NCBI RefSeq assembly: GCF_001194135.2
Contig: NC_068993.1
Span: forward strand, 40,050,061-40,093,040
DNA length: 42,980 bases
Direction of reading: 5' to 3'
Origin: Octopus bimaculoides
Lineage: Eukaryota
Below, in pieces: positions 12,548 through 23,403 of the stretch; positions within the stretch are counted from its first letter, which is position 1; each line of letters opens with the position of its first letter. Below the pieces are notes generated by a model. It made no database searches. It was not told where the DNA came from and saw only the letters and a list, made by a program, of their open reading frames with translations. The position numbers were made by a program, and so were the translations under genes.

Positions 12548-13139
12548 NNNNNNNNNNNNNNNNNNNNNNNNNNNNNNNNNNNNNNNNNNNNNNNNNNNNN
12601 NNNNNNNNNNNNNNNNNNNNNNNNNNNNNNNNNNNNNNNNNNNNNNNNNNNNNNNNNNNNNNNNNNNNNNNNNNNNNNNNNNNNNNNNNNNNNNNNNNNN
12701 NNNNNNNNNNNNNNNNNNNNNNNNNNNNNNNNNNNNNNNNNNNNNNNNNNNNNNNNNNNNNNNNNNNNNNNNNNNNNNNNNNNNNNNNNNNNNNNNNNNN
12801 NNNNNNNNNNNNNNNNNNNNNNNNNNNNNNNNNNNNNNNNNNNNNNNNNNNNNNNNNNNNNNNNNNNNNNNNNNNNNNNNNNNNNNNNNNNNNNNNNNNN
12901 NNNNNNNNNNNNNNNNNNNNNNNNNNNNNNNNNNNNNNNNNNNNNNNNNNNNNNNNNNNNNNNNNNNNNNNNNNNNNNNNNNNNNNNNNNNNNNNNNNNN
13001 NNNNNNNNNNNNNNNNNNNNNNNNNNNNNNNNNNNNNNNNNNNNNNNNNNNNNNNNNNNNNNNNNNNNNNNNNNNNNNATATAATAATACAAAGAATATA
13101 TATACATGTATACACACATATATGTACATACTTACATCT

Positions 13140-13265
13140 ACATGTGTATATACATGCATATCAGGGTACAGGACGTTAGAACAATAAACTACAGACAACG
13201 GAACGAACACTTAGGAAAACGGAAAGCCCCTTGGAATATCCCTTCATCAGCTGTCTCTATTCTAT
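13140..13265 (-). repeat. Microsatellite-flanking repeat with CTGATGA half-core
   Basis: Minus strand: GAGACAG-CTGATGA(13250-13244)-AGGGATATTCC...; homologous to 11930-12150. Confidence 0.4.
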
Positions 13266-13387
13266 CTAGACATGTGTGTATATATATGAATACATGTATA
13301 TACATATGTTTATATGTGTATGTTAAATGTGTCAGTATTCCTGGACGAGGATGTGCGATATGCGCGCGTGTATGTGTATACATGTTA

Positions 13388-13460
<73 letters not shown>

Positions 13461-13763
13461 GTATGTAGATGTGTGTTGACATTGTAATCTAAAACAACCA
13501 ACGTCTGTCAACTATAAACTAATTAATATCAAATAATTTTAACCTCCCCGCCTTCCTACCCTTTTGCCCTGCTACTGAAATTTTTCTCTGGAGGTGGAGA
13601 GGAACATCTCATCTTATCTTTGCATCTCTGAGGAAAACTTATCTATTATACATTATCTCTTCCTATCACCCTCGTAAACTTTATTACTACGACCAACGCC
13701 AAACCTTTTATTATCTTCTTATATATCCTCTTCTTCAAATGTATAATGACAGTGGACTTGCTC

Positions 13764-13823
<60 letters not shown>

Positions 13824-14082
13824 CCGCTCTCTAGCTTTCTATAGATCTCTATAACTCTCACTCTCTTTCATGTGTACTTTCTCTCATGCTCTCTCTCTTT
13901 CTCTCTTTCTCTCTCTCTCCCTCCCTCCCTCACTATTTATCTCTCTGTCTACATTGCTCCTACTTACACGTTTATTATCTACGTTTATCTATTTTGCACA
14001 CACACACACACACACACACACACAGATATATACATACATATATATATATGTTTATTTATATATATATATATGTGTGTGTGTG

Positions 14083-14148
<66 letters not shown>

Positions 14149-14255
14149 TATATGTAGACACACACACACACATACACAAATAGATAACATTTGTACATAT
14201 ACCGACATATTATATACGTATATATATGTACATAGATATATCTGTATATTACTAC

Positions 14256-14299
<44 letters not shown>

Positions 14300-15500
14300 A
14301 CGCACGCATATACATATAGCGTCTATCTAGTATAACGATTAGTTTCTCAGCTTAAAACTCCGTTTCTCTTCAGAATAATATCTTTCTTTCCCTCAAAAAA
14401 ATACGAACTTACTTTACTGTCTCTCTTCTTTCCCTCGTCGCCTTGCTCTTAATCACAACAGACATCTCTTTCCTCTTTTTCACCTTATCTCAACTCCTTT
14501 CCCTGACACTATTTCGAAACAATTCTTTTTATTTCCTTTCTGAAACAGCTATTTATCAAGATTTCTTCCCCACCCGTAGGTCCTCTTTCCTGCATTCCAC
14601 ATGCGTGCGTACACATGAATATGTATGTGTGTGCGCGCGCTTATGTGTGTATCAGTATATATATATTTATATGTATATCAATCCATCCATCCTTCGATAA
14701 ATGCATGCATACATATGTGCATACATGCCCACGCGCAGATGTGTGTATTCTGGTTGCATGAGCAAAAGAACCAATTATACGCAATACAACGTACATCTTC
14801 TTAGAATCCATGTTTCGGATTCTTCGAAATGAACTTTTTGAACAGGAAGCAGAAACTAAATATATATTTATAAAAGTGTGGATGTTCATAAATATGTGTA
14901 TTTGTACGTGTTCATGTGTTTCTATGCATAAACAAGCAAAACTTTTTTGTAATCAATACACAGCAAAATTTTTCTTAGATATAATACTTTACAGAGATGA
15001 GGGGTTAACTCACGAAATGAAACGGTATTAAACGGCCGTTCTGCAGATTTCTTCATGTAATAATGATTTCGGTGTATAAGGAATTATGTTTGTTTGTCTG
15101 CATTACTAAGCATGCTACGCATTATACAATTCAATTGTAGATTCATAAATCAATTCAAATAAAGAAAGCAAGCTCATCAGATCACCAGAACATGACTTTG
15201 GTGCCATCGACGTACCTCGGGGGTTGAACCGATGTTCTTGTGACCTGTATGTTTCTGTGTATCTGTGTATGTGAGCCTGTGTCTGCGAATTGGTGTGTAC
15301 GCGCGCGTGCGTGTGTGTATGTTAAGTGAAATATATTAACTCAAATTTCGAAGAATGACAGCGAACTTAAGTGGAATTTATCATAAAATTTTACTCATAA
15401 AGTCTTACTCGACGACTTTTTTAAAGAAAGACTCGTAAAATAAGTCGTACAAATAGACTGTCAGCGGCAACATAACATCCAGTCAAAATGAATTTTCGTA

Positions 15501-15630
15501 TTGCTTCCCAACACAGGGTTCCTGGTTCGGTCTCACTACGTGGCATCTTGGGCAAGTGTCTTCTACTATAGCCTCGGGCCGACATGAGCCTTGTAAGTAG
15601 ATTTGGTAGATGGAGACTAAAAGAAGCCCG

Positions 15631-15632
<2 letters not shown>
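15501..15632 (+). mobile_element. SINE family A, 5'-truncated
   Basis: GGTTCGGTCTC B-box, GGCATCTTGGGCAAGTGTCTTCTACTATAGCCTCGGGCC (CORE-like), ending GAAGCCCGTC+(CA)n. Confidence 0.85.
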
Positions 15633-15669
<37 letters not shown>

Positions 15670-16067
15670 NNNNNNNNNNNNNNNNNNNNNNNNNNNNNNN
15701 NNNNNNNNNNNNNNNNNNNNNNNNNNNNNNNNNNNNNNNNNNNNNNNNNNNNNNNNNNNNNNNNNNNNNNNNNNNNNNNNNNNNNNNNNNNNNNNNNNNN
15801 NNNNNNNNNNNNNNNNNNNNNNNNNNNNNNNNNNNNNNNNNNNNNNNNNNNNNNNNNNNNNNNNNNNNNNNNNNNNNNNNNNNNNNNNNNNNNNNNNNNN
15901 NNNNNNNNNNNNNNNNNNNNNNNNNNNNNNNNNNNNNNNNNNNNNNNNNNNNNNNNNNNNNNNNNNNNNNNNNNNNNNNNNNNNNNNNNNNNNNNNNNNN
16001 NNNNNNNNNNNNNNNNNNNNNNNNNNNNNNNNNNNNNNNNNNNNNNNNNNNNNNNNNNNNNNNNNNN

Positions 16068-16098
<31 letters not shown>

Positions 16099-16176
16099 CG
16101 AAAGACGGAAGATACAAGGAAGTTTATTTACATCATTTACATTTGACGGATATTTGTCCTCATCTTGTTTGTTGTT

Positions 16177-16222
16177 AACACAACTTTTCGGCTGATATAC
16201 CTTCCAGCCTTCATCAAGTGTC
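16177..16222 (-). ncRNA. Minimal type-I hammerhead ribozyme (Penelope-type), decayed copy
   Basis: Helix I GACAC/GTGTT; core (C>U)UGAUGA; helix II GGCUG/CAGCC after an A.C position; GAAA; palindromic helix III AACGUU (C>A here, intact in the inverted copy at 16414-16421). Confidence 0.75.
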
Positions 16223-16328
16223 TTGGGGAAATTTCGAACCTGAGTTCTTATTCCTAAGGTATTTTTCAATGTTACTATTATTACTATTATTATTATTATT
16301 ATTATTATTATTACTCAGGTCACTGTCT

Positions 16329-16383
16329 GGAATCGAACTCCGAATCTTGGGGTTAGTAACCCGCGCTCTTAACCACTACGCTA
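16329..16383 (-). promoter_or_regulatory. RNA Pol III internal promoter (A and B boxes)
   Basis: A box TAGCGTAGTGG (16383-16373), B box GAGTTCGATTCC (16340-16329), tRNA-like spacing. Confidence 0.75.
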
Positions 16384-16392
16384 TATCCACAC

Positions 16393-16515
16393 GGGCTGGA
16401 GGGTATATTAGCCGAAACGTTGTGGTAAAAACAAACAAGATGAGGAAAAATATCTGTCAAATGTAAATAATGTAAATAATGTACATAATTCCTCATCTCT
16501 TAAATATAGAATTGT
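16393..16515 (+). mobile_element. Inverted, 5'-truncated copy of the HHR-SINE tail
   Basis: 16394-16479 matches the reverse complement of 16124-16209 at 78/86 by manual alignment; begins at HHR helix II. Confidence 0.85.
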
Positions 16516-16699
16516 ACGAGAAAGTTTATTGATCACTAGAATTTTTCGACCATCTAGCATCGAGCCCTCACAGGTGGAATACTGAACATCTAGATTAGGT
16601 ATATCCGTCGGTATAGATGTGTCACTGTGGGTGATTACAAGATTACAAGATGTATCTCGTTGGAATAACACCTGTCACGTAAGATTTCTCGGTATTTGC

Positions 16700-16744
<45 letters not shown>

Positions 16745-16915
16745 GAAGGTAGGGTAAAAGAAAATGCAGGAAGATCAGTTAATTAAGATTTTATTCAACA
16801 TATTCTCCTCTCAGATCCATACACTTATTGCAGTGATCCTTCAGTCTTTATAAGCCATGTCAAAGAACCGAGAAGGTTGGGCTTCTACCTGGGTGGAACT
16901 TTACAGCATTCCCTC
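16745..16915. mobile_element. Internal fragment of the mariner MITE seen at 34826-35041
   Basis: Shared GTAAAAGAAAAT...GATTTTATTCAAC.TATTCTCC...ACACTTATTGCAGTG.TCCTTCAGT. Confidence 0.7.
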
Positions 16916-16937
16916 TGTCTATTTATCTATCTATCTA

Positions 16938-17259
16938 GCTTCAGTCAAGAAGGCCTTAAACTTACAGTAGCTACTAATCTGTCTATAGTTGATTTCTTAG
17001 ATGTTTCTCTCGATCTGAACCCCTTCTCGAATAATCTTTTCCATATGCCTAATGTGAAACACGCCTATATACATAAAGTTTTGTTACCCTACTGTCATTT
17101 TCAAAAACCCGATAGCTAATATTAGTAACAGTATGTTTAACCTCTATTCCTCTGAAGAAATTTTAGAGAAAGCAGCCCCCTACTATAATAATGCCCTAGC
17201 CAATAGTGGCTTCAAAGATAAATTTATACATAATTCCTCTAATATTAATCAGAGTAATA
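16938..17259 (+). pseudogene. Penelope-like element, RT thumb region (decayed)
   Basis: GLKLTVATN..VDFLDVSLDL, then SSEEILEKAAPYYNNALANSGFK; motifs typical of the PLE RT C-terminus; frameshifted. Confidence 0.8.
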
Positions 17260-17345
17260 ATAATAGACCTAAAAATACACCAACATCGTTGGTCAAGTTG
17301 ACAGGATCCTGGTCCTGGTAGTTACAACTGGATGTAGGCTCGTGG
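17260..17345 (-). mobile_element. Inverted copy of the PLE Cys-linker segment
   Basis: 17264-17331 is the near-exact reverse complement of about 18224-18271 (CCAGTTGTAACT.CCAGGACCA.GATCCTGTCAACTTGACCAACGATG). Confidence 0.85.
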
Positions 17346-17492
17346 TTGTATGGCAAGGAGCTTACTTCCTAACCATATGGTTCCAAATTCAGCCCCACTG
17401 CGTGGCACCTTGGGCAACTGTCTTCTGCTATAGCTTCCGGCCAACCTGAGCCTTGTGAGTGGATTTGGTAGACGGAAACTGAAAGAAGCCTG
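17334..17492 (+). mobile_element. SINE family A, near full length
   Basis: TGGTTGTATGG A box, GGTTCCAATTC-like B box, GGCACCTTGGGCAACTGTCTTC CORE-like domain, GACGGAAACTGAAAGAAGCC tail. Confidence 0.85.
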
Positions 17493-17885
17493 CTTGTGTG
17501 TATGTATATATATATANNNNNNNNNNNNNNNNNNNNNNNNNNNNNNNNNNNNNNNNNNNNNNNNNNNNNNNNNNNNNNNNNNNNNNNNNNNNNNNNNNNN
17601 NNNNNNNNNNNNNNNNNNNNNNNNNNNNNNNNNNNNNNNNNNNNNNNNNNNNNNNNNNNNNNNNNNNNNNNNNNNNNNNNNNNNNNNNNNNNNNNNNNNN
17701 NNNNNNNNNNNNNNNNNNNNNNNNNNNNNNNNNNNNNNNNNNNNNNNNNNNNNNNNNNNNNNNNNNNNNNNNNNNNNNNNNNNNNNNNNNNNNNNNNNNN
17801 NNNNNNNNNNNNNNNNNNNNNNNNNNNNNNNNNNNNNNNNNNNNNNNNNNNNNNNNNNNNNNNNNNNNNNNNNNNNNNNNNNNNN

Positions 17886-18060
17886 TCGTTTGACAATCGA
17901 TGTTGATGTGTTTATGTTTCCGAAACTTAGCAGTTCGGCAAAAGAAACCGATAGAATAAGTACTAGGCTTACAAAGAATAAGTTCTGACGTCGATTTCTT
18001 CGACTAAAGGCGACGCTCTAGCATGGCCACAGTCAACTGACTGAAACGTGTAAAAGAGTA
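17886..18060 (+). mobile_element. SINE 3' half, family D
   Basis: CTTAGCAGTTCGGCAAAAGAAACCGATAGAATAAGTAC...GACTAAAGGCG..CTAGCATGGCCACAGTC...TGACTGAAAC tail; inserted in the PLE. The 5' part is lost in the gap. Confidence 0.6.
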
Positions 18061-18063
18061 AGC

Positions 18064-18662
18064 AGTATAGGTAAAAGAAATTCCCGTCTCTCCTAGACAA
18101 ACAGTTTCCAGTGACTGGCAGGTACCGGAAAATATTTAATAGGCGTTCTGTGAAATTATCATATAGTTCCTGCCCCAATATGAAGAGTATCATCGCACGA
18201 GATCAATACCAAGAGCCTACAACCAGTTGTAACTGCCAGGACCAAGATCCTGTCAACTTGACCAACGATGTATGATTAAATCTCTTATATATGAGGCAGA
18301 AGTTACTGCAACGGTATATGATAAAACAACAGATAAGAGGACCTATATTGGATTATGAGAAGGAGAATTGAAAAATCGCTACGCCAATCAGATAGCCTCC
18401 TTCCGACATAAGGATTAAAACAAAGCTATGTTTGTTAGCCCCATATGGAGTTTGAAATCGAACGCAACACCACATGTGATTAAGTGGAAAATAATTGAAA
18501 AAATCTACACCTTATGTTAATGGATCAAATTAATGTAAACCATCTTTAACTGAAAGATCTCTGATACATTTCAGATCTAAGATCACTAACTCACTACTGA
18601 ACTCTAGGTATGAAATTTTCAGTGGTTGCAAATATATGTTGAAATATCTTTTGCAAAATTAG
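18064..18662 (+). pseudogene. Penelope-like element linker plus GIY-YIG endonuclease (Naiad-like CxC..C..C motif), decayed
   Basis: LDKQFP..YRKIFNRRSVKLSYSSCPNM, CNCQDQD/CQLDQRC, LIYEAEV...TYIGL*EGELKNRYANQ, IWSLK, IKWKII, LLNSRYEIFSGC; stops and two frameshifts. Confidence 0.88.
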
Positions 18663-18883
18663 AAAATTTCGCCTATACCTGATTAACTTGTTGATATCTT
18701 TCCAGTCTGATTATTTAAGGTCTAAGGGAAATATCTCTTATACTTTTTAATATCTTTTCTTTTCTTTTTTGTTTTCCAATTATCGCTTTCCGTTTTTTAA
18801 CCTTCCACGTTTTTTATATGTTCTCTTCTCAAGTGTTCGCGTTTCTTCTCTGATTCAGTTTTTAAATTCGTCATGATACGTGG

Positions 18884-18948
18884 TTTGTAGCTGATGAATA
18901 TGTTTGTCTGAGGTATTTCTCAACATATGAAACTATTAGCAGCACAGA
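18884..18948 (+). ncRNA. Hammerhead ribozyme relic in the PLE 3' region (pseudo-LTR)
   Basis: Intact CUGAUGA (18891-18897), 7-bp helix II AUAUGUU/AACAUAU, GAAAC (18929-18933); helices III and I imperfect (CUA-U-UAG-C; UUUGUAG vs C-ACAGA). Confidence 0.6.
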
Positions 18949-19054
18949 AAAACATGTATTGTCTCTATTAATAATATTTATCTCCCAACAGATAGAGTAC
19001 TGATTTTGTTGATCTTACCATCGCGGAACAGTACATTCTCTCTATATATATACT

Positions 19055-19068
19055 TATCTTTGTCTCTC

Positions 19069-19154
<86 letters not shown>

Positions 19155-19217
19155 TCTCTCTCTTTCTCTCTCTTTCTCTCTCTCTCTTTCTCTCTCTCTC
19201 TTTCTCTCTCTCTCTCC
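19055..19217. repeat. (CT)n microsatellite
   Basis: Direct reading. Confidence 0.95.
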
Positions 19218-20165
19218 TTGTATATGTGTGCGAGTACGCGTGTTTGCGTATATGGAAAGCAGCTTTTTAAAGGAATTGAGTAAAACATGAGAACCTCTTA
19301 GACATCGAACACATGTATACTTCACTGACACCTCATTATGTATTTAATACTACACTTTCTTTACTTTCACAATACACTGTGTATCTAACACCATACCAGA
19401 GACCTTCTGTCAATATTTTCTTTCCCACTTTAGCACTTGTATATCAACACAGTCAGTTTGGAATCTTTTTTTGGAATTCTGCGAACGACTACTATCGTTC
19501 ACACTTTAGTTTTACTTTTGCCTGAAATTTGATCGCTCAAATTTATTGCCTTTATGCCGATGTTGAAAATATCAGTCATCGATTAATATGTTTAAATAAT
19601 TATAAGGTAGCTTTTAATTGCTCCATAGTCTGTGCAAAAAAAAGAAAAATATGTGTTGACAACATTTAATTCCAATAATATAGTTAAACTGAACGTTGAA
19701 TATATGTCTGTACTATATACTTTTTAACAGTTTTTGTTTTATTGGGATTTTTCGTTTTGTTTTACTGGGATTTTTTTTTTTTTTTTGTGCCTAAAGCAAA
19801 TGAATAACCTGTTTCAAAATAGCTCATAGACATAACCATGTTTTAATAGGCAAAGCTCGTCAGACAGAAACACATGTTGACCGAGACTTTACGATGGTAT
19901 AACCAAGTAAAATAGAGAATCCTTGATACAGGCTACCAGATCAGATTATATATATATATNNNNNNNNNNNNNNNNNNNNNNNNNNNNNNNNNNNNNNNNN
20001 NNNNNNNNNNNNNNNNNNNNNNNNNNNNNNNNNNNNNNNNNNNNNNNNNNNNNNNNNNNNNNNNNNNNNNNNNNNNNNNNNNNNNNNNNNNNNNNNNNNN
20101 NNNNNNNNNNNNNNNNNNNNNNNNNNNNNNNNNNNNNNNNNNNNNNNNNNNNNNNNNNNNNNNNN

Positions 20166-20204
<39 letters not shown>

Positions 20205-20371
20205 GTATGTATGTATATATATGATAAGGTAAAAACATATAATAAATTTACCAACATACTGGAAACAGACACAGGTCACCAAATTCTCATCAGTCATCGG
20301 CTAAAGGATCAAGCACAATTTGGCGCCTTCAACAACATGTGTGTGTGTGTGTGTGTTTGTGTGTCCGTTTA

Positions 20372-20556
20372 TAATTTAAGCACAAGGTCATGAGTTTTGA
20401 GGGGATGGGTATAGTCGCAGAGTTTATTTTATTGACTCCCGAGGGGAAAAAAAGATAAAGATGATATCGGCGAGATTTGAACCGCGAATGTAAACACCTG
20501 AAAGAAAAACTGCAAGACATTTTCTTCCGACACTCAAAACGATTCTGCCAGCTCGG
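20372..20556 (-). mobile_element. SINE family B (decayed)
   Basis: Reverse complement begins GAGCTGGCAGAATCG.., has TTCAAATCTCGCCG and GGAGTCAATAAAATAAA, ends GACCTTGTGCTTAAATT. Confidence 0.7.
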
Positions 20557-20663
20557 CAGCAACGAAAGCGGCTTAAAAGAAAAAGAAACCGTCTATAATA
20601 CACGCATACGTAAACACATAAATGCATACATAGATATATACCTATATGCATGCTAATATATAT

Positions 20664-20705
<42 letters not shown>

Positions 20706-21203
20706 GGTATGTCATCATTCTAAGGAACTAACTATTTTCCAAGAAACGACCATTAACAAGCTGGTAAAATAAATGTAAAAATCGAAACTAATAGTTGAAT
20801 TATTCATCATAGAATCATTATCGAAGACTATGGGGTCCTAACAGAAATATTCTCGTTTTTTGAAAGCAACCGTATTCCTTATTCATGAAGACTTTTATTT
20901 CATGAGTTTTCAATGGTATATCACAACATTAAATTTTGATATCAGAAAGATACTTATGGTCCATAGAAAAAGATTTAAACTATTTCTTTCTGACCATTAA
21001 GAAAAAATACAATAAAAAATTCGTTGGTTATTTTGTTATATTTTATTTTCTTCTTCGTTTATTATAGTTTTATATGAATTCTTCTTATAATTTGCATTAT
21101 ACATTGAAAGTATAGCTTACAATATTTCGCAGCAACTGATATATCGGTGATACATACAGACACATATGGGTATTTGAGCATTTGTATGTATATGTATACT
21201 TTT

Positions 21204-21259
<56 letters not shown>

Positions 21260-21308
21260 GCATACATACATATGTATACATTATGAACGTATGAATGTAG
21301 ATAAATAG

Positions 21309-21366
<58 letters not shown>

Positions 21367-22316
21367 ATATATAGTTATATACATATATATATATATATAT
21401 TCACACATACATACATGAGCACGCATTTATACATATATGTGTACGCGTATATGTATATATGTATGCATGCATGTGCGTGCGTGTGTGTGTGTGTGCGTGT
21501 GTGTGCGTGCGTGTGCATGTGTGTGTGTGTGATAATATTGTAGATCGTTATAATGCTATAATGAAGACGTGAACTTACGGTACGTTAATTTAATGAGCTG
21601 TGTACACAAATAATTTCAAATATGTACAAAAGAAAATCTTCCCTTTTTAATAGCTTCAACTGTCCTCCTCGCACCAAACGAGCGAATGCTGTAAAAACCA
21701 CGGCAATCACACATCAGAATGGTTCGGATAAGGCAACATCAACAGCAGACCTGGTTGTTATTTATGTAGAAGTAACATTAAATAGTAGATAAACGACATT
21801 TAAATCAATCCTACTTTCACTTTTATATCAACTTTCATTGCTTCGTTAATGATATGCAGAGATTTTAATGAATGTACAATGACTGAACGTTAAATTGTTT
21901 TCGTCGATTGTTGCTTATGTTGTTTTATGTGCGCTCAAGGTTTGATGGCTTACATCAGTGAATAAAGTTAATGTGACGCATTTGAAAGAACAATCTCAAC
22001 GCAAGAATGCCTTGGGATAGGTGTATGCGTGTGTATGTACGCATGAATGCGTGTATAAGTATGCGAGTGTGTGTATTTAGCAAGGTGTGTATGTGTGTGT
22101 TTACGTGTGTGTTTTTAATGTTTAATTTTACTTTGATGCCTCGTGTTTTGATATAAACTAACACACACACACACACACACACAAATACACAAACAAACAA
22201 CAAGCAAACAAAAAAACGATGAAGAGTTAGCATATATGATAATATGGATTCCTTTTGACAAGGAGCGAAGCCGATCTTTGTAGGTGAGGTGTGTAGTGCA
22301 TGCATATAGTGAATGA

Positions 22317-22369
<53 letters not shown>

Positions 22370-22477
22370 CGTGTGTATGTATATATATGCATGTATATAT
22401 ATATGTATATAAATACATATGTGCATGTGTGTGTGTACTCACGCACACACCCACATATATATGGAGAAAACGACGGA

Positions 22478-22574
22478 ATCGATTAGAGTGTATTACTGGT
22501 AATTATTTTATCGATCTGAAAAGGATGAAAGGCAAATCTAAATCCAACCAGGGTTTGAAATGGGAGCTGAGAAC
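22478..22574 (-). mobile_element. SINE family B fragment
   Basis: Reverse complement TTTGCCTTTCATCCTTTTCAGATCGATAAAATAATTACCAGT. Confidence 0.7.
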
Positions 22575-22685
22575 TATCAAACTTGAAACGGTATGGAACC
22601 TTGTCTGTTCTTCAAAATTCTGGCTGGTATGAAATTCTTTATAACTTTTATTTTATTTCTTTATTTGTATTACCTTCTTCTACTA

Positions 22686-22706
22686 CATTATTATTATTAT
22701 TATTAC

Positions 22707-22775
<69 letters not shown>

Positions 22776-22805
22776 CATCATCATCATCATCATCATCGTC
22801 ATTAT
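22686..22805. repeat. (ATT)n-(ATC)n microsatellite
   Basis: Direct reading. Confidence 0.95.
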
Positions 22806-23359
22806 TGAGTGAGATAGCAGTGCATGCCATCAAAGTGACACCGGAGTAAAATATATGAATCCCAATATACCCGACGTGACTACCCGTCTGATAAGGGTAC
22901 ACCAGGCACATGCACCATAACCGTATGTACGCGACATGGTGATCTCATATCAAGATAAACAGCGCATGACCTTGCAGGCGGGACCCCAGTTAGAATTTTC
23001 TTCAGGTTGAGTAACCCATCCTGCTCAAAAGATCCCTGAATAAGGTTGTTTAAGGATGTTGAATGAAACACCAATGTTTCAAGAGGTGAATTATCCAAAT
23101 ATCAAAGAATTCCTCTCAATACATGGCTATGATACACACACACACTACTTCTGCTCGTGATCAGAGATGTACATGTCGTCAGCCACTAAGGGACATGTTC
23201 AAATGGTTACGGTCAAAACAACTGACAAGCAAATCTGTGGTATTGAGCAGAATATTTGCTGTAGCCCATACCAAGACAAAACAACGTGCATGATAACACT
23301 TCCAGTCAGTTGAGATCAGAAACTATGAGAGCCACTGTCTAGCAATGCATCAGGGCACA
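22806..23359. mobile_element. About 550-bp non-coding interspersed repeat embedded in (ATT)n, copy 1
   Basis: Colinear, diverged homology to 23404-23875; both ends abut ATT repeats; no TIRs or recognisable ORF. Confidence 0.7.
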
Positions 23360-23403
23360 TTATTATTGTTGTTGTTGTTGTTGTTGCTGTTGTTGTTATT
23401 GTG

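Larger units (their letters stand above)
16100..16395 (-). mobile_element. tRNA-headed SINE with internal (AAT)n and hammerhead-ribozyme-containing tail
   Basis: Minus strand: A box TAGCGTAGTGG, anticodon-like arm GGG-TTACTAA-CCC, B box GAGTTCGATTCC, (AAT)n, then GACAC-TTGATGA-A-GGCTG..CAGCC-GAAA-AGTT-GTGTT, then a TGTAAATAA-type tail. Confidence 0.8.

Noticed and set aside
16315-16390. tRNA gene (Ser-like, ACT anticodon loop)
   Set aside because: No acceptor stem or long variable arm; continues into an (AAT)n spacer and SINE tail, so treated as a SINE head
19825-19875. Minus-strand CTGACGA...AAAACATGGTT hammerhead-like string
   Set aside because: No G12 and no stable helix II or helix I
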